From a virus (Duplodnaviria > Heunggongvirae > Uroviricota > Caudoviricetes): 13,208 nt of DNA. Positions 6,319 through 13,208 of this stretch are shown one piece after another. Within the stretch, counting starts at the first letter, position 1. The number at the start of each line of letters is the position of its first letter. Where the stretch lies: IMG/VR virus record IMGVR_UViG_2671180439_000003; one strand, 5' to 3'. The notes under the pieces were generated by a model that was given only the letters and a program-made list of their open reading frames with translations, had not been told where the DNA came from and ran no database searches. The translations under genes were made by a program, and so were the position numbers.

Positions 6319-7875
6319 ATGACAAGTATTCAACAACGAGCAGAACTGCACCGCCAGATATGGCAAATTGCCAATGATGTCAGAGGTTCTGTTGACGGAT
6401 GGGATTTTAAGCAATACGTTCTGGGCGCGCTTTTCTACCGTTTTATCAGCGAAAATTTTTCCAGCTATATTGAAGCCGGTGATGACAGTATCTGTTATGC
6501 GAAACTGGATGACAGCGTAATTACTGATGACATTAAAGACGATGCCATCAAAACTAAAGGCTACTTCATCTACCCAAGTCAGCTTTTCTGCAACGTAGCT
6601 GCGAAAGCAAATACCAATGACAGACTGAATGCAGATTTAAACAGTATCTTCGTTGCTATCGAAAGTTCTGCTTACGGTTACCCTTCAGAAGCTGACATCA
6701 AAGGTTTGTTTGCTGATTTCGATACCACCAGTAACCGCCTGGGTAACACCGTTAAGGATAAAAATGCCCGCCTGGCTGCGGTTCTGAAAGGGGTTGAAGG
6801 GTTAAAGCTTGGCGACTTTAACGAACATCAGATTGACCTGTTCGGCGATGCCTATGAGTTCCTGATTTCTAACTATGCGGCGAATGCTGGTAAGTCAGGC
6901 GGCGAGTTCTTTACACCGCAGCACGTCTCCAGGCTGATTGCACAACTGGCAATGCACGGCCAGACCCACGTTAACAAAATCTACGACCCGGCAGCAGGTT
7001 CCGGTTCGCTGTTGTTGCAGGCTAAAAAACAGTTTGATGACCATATCATCGAAGAAGGTTTTTTTGGTCAGGAAATCAACCATACGACCTATAACCTGGC
7101 GCGTATGAACATGTTTTTGCACAACATCAACTACGACAAGTTTGATATCAAGTTGGGCAATACGCTGACTGAGCCGCACTTCAGAGATGAAAAACCGTTT
7201 GATGCCATCGTTTCTAACCCGCCGTATTCGGTGAAATGGATTGGCAGCGATGACCCGACGCTGATTAACGATGAACGTTTTGCCCCGGCTGGCGTTCTGG
7301 CCCCCAAATCCAAAGCTGACTTCGCGTTTGTATTACATGCGCTGAACTATCTTTCGGCCAAAGGTCGTGCTGCGATTGTCTGCTTCCCGGGTATTTTTTA
7401 CCGTGGCGGCGCGGAGCAGAAAATCCGTCAGTATCTGGTCGATAATAACTATGTCGAAACCGTGATTTCACTGGCACCGAACCTGTTCTTTGGCACCACC
7501 ATTGCCGTAAACATTCTGGTGCTGTCTAAACATAAAACGGATACCAAAGTTCAGTTTATTGACGCCAGCGAACTGTTCAAAAAAGAGACTAACAACAATA
7601 TCCTGACCGATGCCCATATCGAACAGATTATGCAGGTATTTGCCAGCAAGGAAGATGTTGCTCATCTGGCGAAATCTGTCACGTTTGAGACCGTTGTCGC
7701 GAATGACTATAACCTGTCGGTAAGCAGCTATGTGGAAGCGAAAGATAACCGCGAAATTATCGATATCGGTGAGCTGAATGCTGAGCTGAAAACCACGGTC
7801 AGCAAAATCGACCAGTTGCGCAAAGATATTGATGCGATTGTGGCTGAAATTGAAGGCTGCGAGGTGCAGAAATGA
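6319..7875 (+). CDS. hsdM: Type I restriction-modification system methyltransferase subunit HsdM (N6-adenine MTase)
   Basis: 518-aa ORF. N-terminal HsdM domain ([34 protein letters not shown]), AdoMet motif [11 protein letters not shown], catalytic motif IV NPPYS. Stop overlaps hsdS start (ATGA at 7872-7875). Confidence 0.95.
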   Translation: MTSIQQRAELHRQIWQIANDVRGSVDGWDFKQYVLGALFYRFISENFSSYIEAGDDSICYAKLDDSVITDDIKDDAIKTKGYFIYPSQLFCNVAAKANTNDRLNADLNSIFVAIESSAYGYPSEADIKGLFADFDTTSNRLGNTVKDKNARLAAVLKGVEGLKLGDFNEHQIDLFGDAYEFLISNYAANAGKSGGEFFTPQHVSRLIAQLAMHGQTHVNKIYDPAAGSGSLLLQAKKQFDDHIIEEGFFGQEINHTTYNLARMNMFLHNINYDKFDIKLGNTLTEPHFRDEKPFDAIVSNPPYSVKWIGSDDPTLINDERFAPAGVLAPKSKADFAFVLHALNYLSAKGRAAIVCFPGIFYRGGAEQKIRQYLVDNNYVETVISLAPNLFFGTTIAVNILVLSKHKTDTKVQFIDASELFKKETNNNILTDAHIEQIMQVFASKEDVAHLAKSVTFETVVANDYNLSVSSYVEAKDNREIIDIGELNAELKTTVSKIDQLRKDIDAIVAEIEGCEVQK

Positions 7876-9098
7876 GCGAGTTGAGTTATCTGGAAAAATT
7901 GCTGGATGGGGTTGAGGTTGAGTGGTTGCCATTGGGGGAAGTCTCAGCCTTAAGAAGAGGCAGAGTTATGTCAAAGGGATATTTAACTGAAAATTTTGGC
8001 CCATATCCTGTCTATAGCTCTCAAACTGCAAATAATGGGAAAATAGGTTCTATCAATACCTTCGATTTTGATGGCGAATATATAAGCTGGACAACAGATG
8101 GCGCAAATGCAGGCACTATGTTCTATCGAACAGGTAAATTTTCAATAACTAATGTTTGCGGCCTGATTACATTAAAAAGTAAATACTCATTAATCTACAA
8201 ATTTCTGTTTTACTGGCTAACAATAGAAGCCAAAAAACATGTTTACTCAGGAATGGGAAACCCCAAGTTAATGAGTCATCAGGTTGAAAATATACCTGTA
8301 CCAATCCCCTGCCCGGATAATCCGGAAAAATCCCTCGCCATCCAGTCTGAAATCGTTCGGATTCTGGACACATTCAGCGCCCTGACAGCAGAACTGACAG
8401 CAGAACTGACAGCAGAGCTTAACATGCGTAAAAAACAATACAACTACTATCGCGACCAGTTGTTGAGTTTTAATACCGAAGATGTTCCACATTTACCTAT
8501 GGGACAAAAAGATATTGGCGAGTTTATCCGGGGTGGTACTTTTCAGAAAAAAGACTTTATAGATGCAGGTGTAGGGTGCATACACTATGGTCAAATCTAT
8601 ACGTATTACGGAACATATACAGAAAAAACAAAAACATATATTTCAACCGCACTTGCAAAAAAATGCAAGAAGGCTCAAAAGGGAGATTTGATTATCGCAA
8701 CTACTAGTGAGAATGATGAGGATGTATGTAAAGCTGTTGCATGGTTAGGCAGTGAAGATATAGCAGTAAGCAGTGATGCCTGTATTTACAAACATAATTT
8801 AAACCCTAAGTATGTCTCATATTTTTTTCAAACAGAACAATTCCAAAATCAAAAAAGACAGTATATTACTGGCGCAAAAGTTCGGCGTGTAAATGCTGAT
8901 AATTTATCTAAGATATTAATTCCAGTTCCTTCTATGGAGATACAGGAACGTATAGTATCCATTCTCGATAAATTCGACACCCTGACAAACTCCATCACTG
9001 AAGGTCTTCCGCGTGAAATCGAGTTGCGCCAGAAACAATACGAATACTACCGTGATTTACTGTTCAGTTTCCCGAAACCTGAAACTGCCAGTAATTAA
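7872..9098 (+). CDS. hsdS: Type I R-M specificity subunit HsdS, type IC (EcoR124 family) architecture with two target-recognition domains and a central TAEL-repeat region
   Basis: 408-aa ORF. Conserved N-terminus [23 protein letters not shown], central [58 protein letters not shown]-terminal [40 protein letters not shown]. Two visibly AT-rich variable segments between the conserved blocks. Confidence 0.95.
   Translation: MSELSYLEKLLDGVEVEWLPLGEVSALRRGRVMSKGYLTENFGPYPVYSSQTANNGKIGSINTFDFDGEYISWTTDGANAGTMFYRTGKFSITNVCGLITLKSKYSLIYKFLFYWLTIEAKKHVYSGMGNPKLMSHQVENIPVPIPCPDNPEKSLAIQSEIVRILDTFSALTAELTAELTAELNMRKKQYNYYRDQLLSFNTEDVPHLPMGQKDIGEFIRGGTFQKKDFIDAGVGCIHYGQIYTYYGTYTEKTKTYISTALAKKCKKAQKGDLIIATTSENDEDVCKAVAWLGSEDIAVSSDACIYKHNLNPKYVSYFFQTEQFQNQKRQYITGAKVRRVNADNLSKILIPVPSMEIQERIVSILDKFDTLTNSITEGLPREIELRQKQYEYYRDLLFSFPKPETASN
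8385..8420 (+). repeat. Tandem 12-bp repeat (acagcagaactg twice, then acagcagagctt) encoding [12 protein letters not shown] in the HsdS central conserved region
   Basis: Read directly: in-frame copies at 8385-8396, 8397-8408 and 8409-8420; the third has two synonymous changes. Confidence 0.9.
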
Positions 9099-9219
9099 TT
9101 GAGCATTGCTACCGATCGGACCACCTTAACACCCGGTCAGTATATAGACTATTTTTTACGCGCCGGAAGTCACTCTTAACGCCCTTCCGGCTCTTGCCAG
9201 GCGGCACAAAGGATGCGCT

Positions 9220-12200
9220 ATGACTAATCAAACACACACCATTGCTGAATCCAATAACTTTATCGTCCTTGATAAGTACATCAAAGCTGAGCAAACAAGC
9301 GACAGCTACCAGAGCGAATCGGACCTGGAACGTGAACTGATTCAGGACCTGCGGAATCAGGGTTATGAATTTATTTCCGTAAAATCACAGTCGGCAATGC
9401 TGTCCAATGTTCGGGAACAGCTTCAGAGCCTCAATGGTGTGATGTTTAATGACAGCGAGTGGCGGCGCTTCACGGAGCAGTATCTGGACAACCCCAGCGA
9501 TGGTATTCTGGATAAAACCCGTAAAATCCATATCGACTATATCTGCGACTTTATTTTTGACGACGGGCGTCTTGAGAACATCTATCTGATCGATAAAAAG
9601 AATCTCATGCGCAACAAAGTGCAGATTATCCAGCAGTTTGAACAGGCAGGTTCTCACGCTAACCGTTATGACGTAACTATCCTGGTTAATGGCTTGCCTC
9701 TGGTGCAAATCGAACTGAAAAAGCGCGGCGTGGCGATTCGTGAGGCTTTCAACCAGATACATCGTTACAGTAAAGAGAGTTTTAACAGCGAAAATTCCCT
9801 GTTTAAGTATCTGCAACTGTTCGTCATTTCTAACGGCACCGATACCCGTTACTTTGCCAACACCACAAAGCGCGATAAAAACAGTTTTGACTTCACCATG
9901 AACTGGGCGAAATCAGACAACACGCTGATTAAAGACCTCAAAGACTTTACCGCCACCTTTTTCCAGAAACATACTCTGCTGAATGTTCTGGTGAACTACA
10001 GCGTTTTTGACAGTAGTCAGACGCTACTGGTGATGCGACCGTACCAGATTGCAGCTACCGAACGAATTTTATGGAAAATCAACAGTTCCTATAAAGCGAA
10101 AAACTGGTCCACTCCCGAAAGTGGTGGCTTTATCTGGCACACCACCGGTTCCGGTAAAACACTGACCAGCTTTAAAGCCGCGCGTCTGGCAACAGAACTG
10201 GACTTTATTGATAAAGTCTTCTTCGTGGTCGACAGAAAAGACCTCGATTACCAGACGATGAAGGAATATCAGCGTTTTTCGCCAGACAGCGTCAACGGCT
10301 CGGAAAATACCGCAGGCCTTAAACGAAATCTGGATAAGGACGATAACAAAATTATCGTCACTACTATTCAGAAACTCAATAACCTGATGAAAGCAGAAAG
10401 CGACCTGCCTGTATATAATCAGCAAGTGGTGTTCATATTTGATGAATGCCACCGCAGCCAGTTTGGAGAAGCGCAGAAAAACCTGAAGAAGAAATTCAAA
10501 CGCTATTATCAGTTTGGTTTTACCGGCACACCTATTTTCCCGGAAAACGCTTTAGGCTCAGAAACGACCGCCAGCGTATTTGGCCGTGAATTGCATTCGT
10601 ATGTGATTACCGATGCGATTCGAGATGAAAAAGTGCTTAAATTCAAGGTGGACTACAACGATGTGCGGCCACAGTTTAAGTCTTTAGAGACAGAAACTGA
10701 CGAGAAAAAACTAAGTGCGGCTGAAAATCAGCAGGCGTTTCTTCATCCCATGCGTATTCAGGAAATCACGCAATATATTCTGAATAATTTCCGCCAGAAA
10801 ACTCACCGTACCTTCCCTGGCTCAAAAGGTTTTAATGCTATGTTGGCAGTGAGCAGCGTGGATGCCGCGAAAGCCTATTATGCGACGTTTAAACGGTTAC
10901 AAGAAGAAGCCGCTAATAAATCGGCTACCTATAAACCGCTGCGTATTGCGACAATCTTCTCCTTTGCCGCCAATGAAGAACAAAATGCCATTGGTGAAAT
11001 TTCCGATGAAACTTTTGATACCAGCGCAATGGACAGCAGTGCTAAAGAGTTTCTGGACGCTGCAATTCGTGAATATAACAGCCATTTTAAAACTAACTTT
11101 AGCACCGACAGTAACGGTTTTCAGAACTACTATCGTGATTTAGCCCAGCGGGTTAAAAATCAGGATATCGATCTGCTAATTGTCGTGGGGATGTTTTTAA
11201 CCGGCTTCGATGCTCCAACATTGAACACGCTATTCGTCGATAAAAACTTGCGTTTTCACGGCCTGATGCAGGCATTCTCCCGCACCAACCGCATTTATGA
11301 CGCCACTAAAACCTTCGGTAATATCGTCACTTTCCGGGATCTGGAACGCTCAACTATTGATGCCATAACGCTGTTTGGTGACAAAAACACCAAAAATGTG
11401 GTGTTAGAAAAGAGTTATACAGAGTATATGGAAGGCTTTACTGATGCTGCCACTGGTGAAGCTAAACGCGGCTTCATGACAGTAGTTTCAGAACTGGAAC
11501 AACGGTTCCCTGACCCTGCCAGTATTGAAAGTGAAAAAGAGAAGAAAGACTTCGTTAAACTGTTTGGCGAATACCTGCGTGCCGAGAACATCCTGCAAAA
11601 CTATGATGAATTTGCCACGCTGAAAGCCCTGCAACAAATCGATCTGAGCGATCCTGTTGCGGTAGAAAAATTCAAAGCAGAACATTATGTGGATGATGAA
11701 AAGTTCGCTGAATTGCAAACAATTCGTCTCCCTGCTGATCGCAAGATTCAGGATTATCGTTCTGCCTATAACGATATTCGCGACTGGCAGCGCCGTGAGA
11801 AAGAAGCTGAGAAAAAAGAGAAATCAACCACTGACTGGGATGACGTAGTTTTTGAGGTCGATTTGCTGAAGTCTCAGGAAATAAACCTGGATTATATCCT
11901 TGGACTGATTTTCGAACACAACAGACAAAATAAAGGCAAGGGCGAAATGATCGAAGAGGTCAAACGCTTAATTCGTTCAAGCCTAGGGAACCGTGCTAAA
12001 GAGGGCCTGGTGGTCGATTTTATTCAGCAAACGAACCTGGATGATTTACCGGACAAAGCCAGCATCATTGACGCATTCTTTACGTTTGCTCAACGCGAAC
12101 AGCAACGTGAAGCAGAAGCCTTGATCAAAGAAGAAAATCTCAATGAAGAGGCGGCGAAACGCTATATTCGCACATCTTTAAAACGCGAATACGCCACCGA

Positions 12201-12336
12201 AAATGGCACGGAATTAAACGAGACACTGCCCAGACTCAGTCCTTTAAATCCGCAATATAAAACGAAAAAAAAGACTGTTTTTCAAAAAATTAGCGCATTT
12301 ATTGAAAAATTTAAGGGGGTGGGTGGAAAGATTTAG
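9220..12336 (+). CDS. hsdR: Type I R-M restriction subunit HsdR (endonuclease/translocase), EcoR124I-HsdR-like
   Basis: 1038-aa ORF with AAGGA RBS. PD-(D/E)xK residues D151, E165, K167 in [19 protein letters not shown] fall at the positions recalled for the EcoR124I HsdR active site. Helicase motifs TGSGKT, DECH, TGTP. Length equals the recalled EcoR124I HsdR length. Confidence 0.95.
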   Translation: MTNQTHTIAESNNFIVLDKYIKAEQTSDSYQSESDLERELIQDLRNQGYEFISVKSQSAMLSNVREQLQSLNGVMFNDSEWRRFTEQYLDNPSDGILDKTRKIHIDYICDFIFDDGRLENIYLIDKKNLMRNKVQIIQQFEQAGSHANRYDVTILVNGLPLVQIELKKRGVAIREAFNQIHRYSKESFNSENSLFKYLQLFVISNGTDTRYFANTTKRDKNSFDFTMNWAKSDNTLIKDLKDFTATFFQKHTLLNVLVNYSVFDSSQTLLVMRPYQIAATERILWKINSSYKAKNWSTPESGGFIWHTTGSGKTLTSFKAARLATELDFIDKVFFVVDRKDLDYQTMKEYQRFSPDSVNGSENTAGLKRNLDKDDNKIIVTTIQKLNNLMKAESDLPVYNQQVVFIFDECHRSQFGEAQKNLKKKFKRYYQFGFTGTPIFPENALGSETTASVFGRELHSYVITDAIRDEKVLKFKVDYNDVRPQFKSLETETDEKKLSAAENQQAFLHPMRIQEITQYILNNFRQKTHRTFPGSKGFNAMLAVSSVDAAKAYYATFKRLQEEAANKSATYKPLRIATIFSFAANEEQNAIGEISDETFDTSAMDSSAKEFLDAAIREYNSHFKTNFSTDSNGFQNYYRDLAQRVKNQDIDLLIVVGMFLTGFDAPTLNTLFVDKNLRFHGLMQAFSRTNRIYDATKTFGNIVTFRDLERSTIDAITLFGDKNTKNVVLEKSYTEYMEGFTDAATGEAKRGFMTVVSELEQRFPDPASIESEKEKKDFVKLFGEYLRAENILQNYDEFATLKALQQIDLSDPVAVEKFKAEHYVDDEKFAELQTIRLPADRKIQDYRSAYNDIRDWQRREKEAEKKEKSTTDWDDVVFEVDLLKSQEINLDYILGLIFEHNRQNKGKGEMIEEVKRLIRSSLGNRAKEGLVVDFIQQTNLDDLPDKASIIDAFFTFAQREQQREAEALIKEENLNEEAAKRYIRTSLKREYATENGTELNETLPRLSPLNPQYKTKKKTVFQKISAFIEKFKGVGGKI

Positions 12337-13208
<872 letters not shown>

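Noticed and set aside
6895-7932. Minus-strand ORFs of 60-154 aa inside hsdM
   Set aside because: They are antisense to a motif-verified HsdM gene, with no independent start signals.
8385-8420. Possible CRISPR or other tandem-repeat locus
   Set aside because: Only three contiguous 12-bp units with no spacers, in frame inside hsdS; this is the known type IC HsdS central repeat, not a CRISPR array.
8268-8492. Minus-strand ORF containing [11 protein letters not shown] repeats
   Set aside because: It is the reverse-frame reading of the TAEL-coding 12-bp tandem repeat in hsdS and is not an independent gene.
9099-9219. Possible prrC-type anticodon nuclease between hsdS and hsdR, as in the EcoprrI locus
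   Set aside because: The hsdS-hsdR gap is only 121 bp with no ORF, so no such gene is present.
9109-11718. Minus-strand and alternative-frame ORFs inside hsdR (for example 9385-9816, 10069-10452, 10862-11143, 11488-11718)
   Set aside because: They are embedded in a continuous 1038-aa HsdR ORF with conserved motifs, so are judged to be overlapping-frame artefacts.

Overview
Mosaic accessory region of enterobacterial (E. coli-like) character, bounded by two insertion sequences. Left to right: (1) the inner 548 bp of an IS1 copy, with insA complete and insB cut by the window edge; (2) an orphaned lambdoid (e14-like) prophage immunity/early region, with a leftward operon (Cro-like, then three to four early genes, the last truncated by IS1) and a rightward CI-like repressor carrying an S24 autopeptidase domain; (3) a degraded antigen 43 (flu/agn43) autotransporter gene whose upstream Dam/OxyR phase-variation switch (three GATC sites) is still present; (4) an apparently intact YeeP-family GTPase gene; (5) a complete type IC (EcoR124-family) restriction-modification operon hsdM-hsdS-hsdR, in which hsdS carries three tandem 12-bp repeats encoding TAEL; (6) the end of an IS5-family element inserted immediately after the hsdR stop codon. 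No rRNA, tRNA or CRISPR array was seen. Nothing here is clearly a wholly undescribed system; the most notable content is the repeat-bearing R-M system and the orphan repressor module. All identifications rest on reading the sequence and recalled family features; no database search was run.
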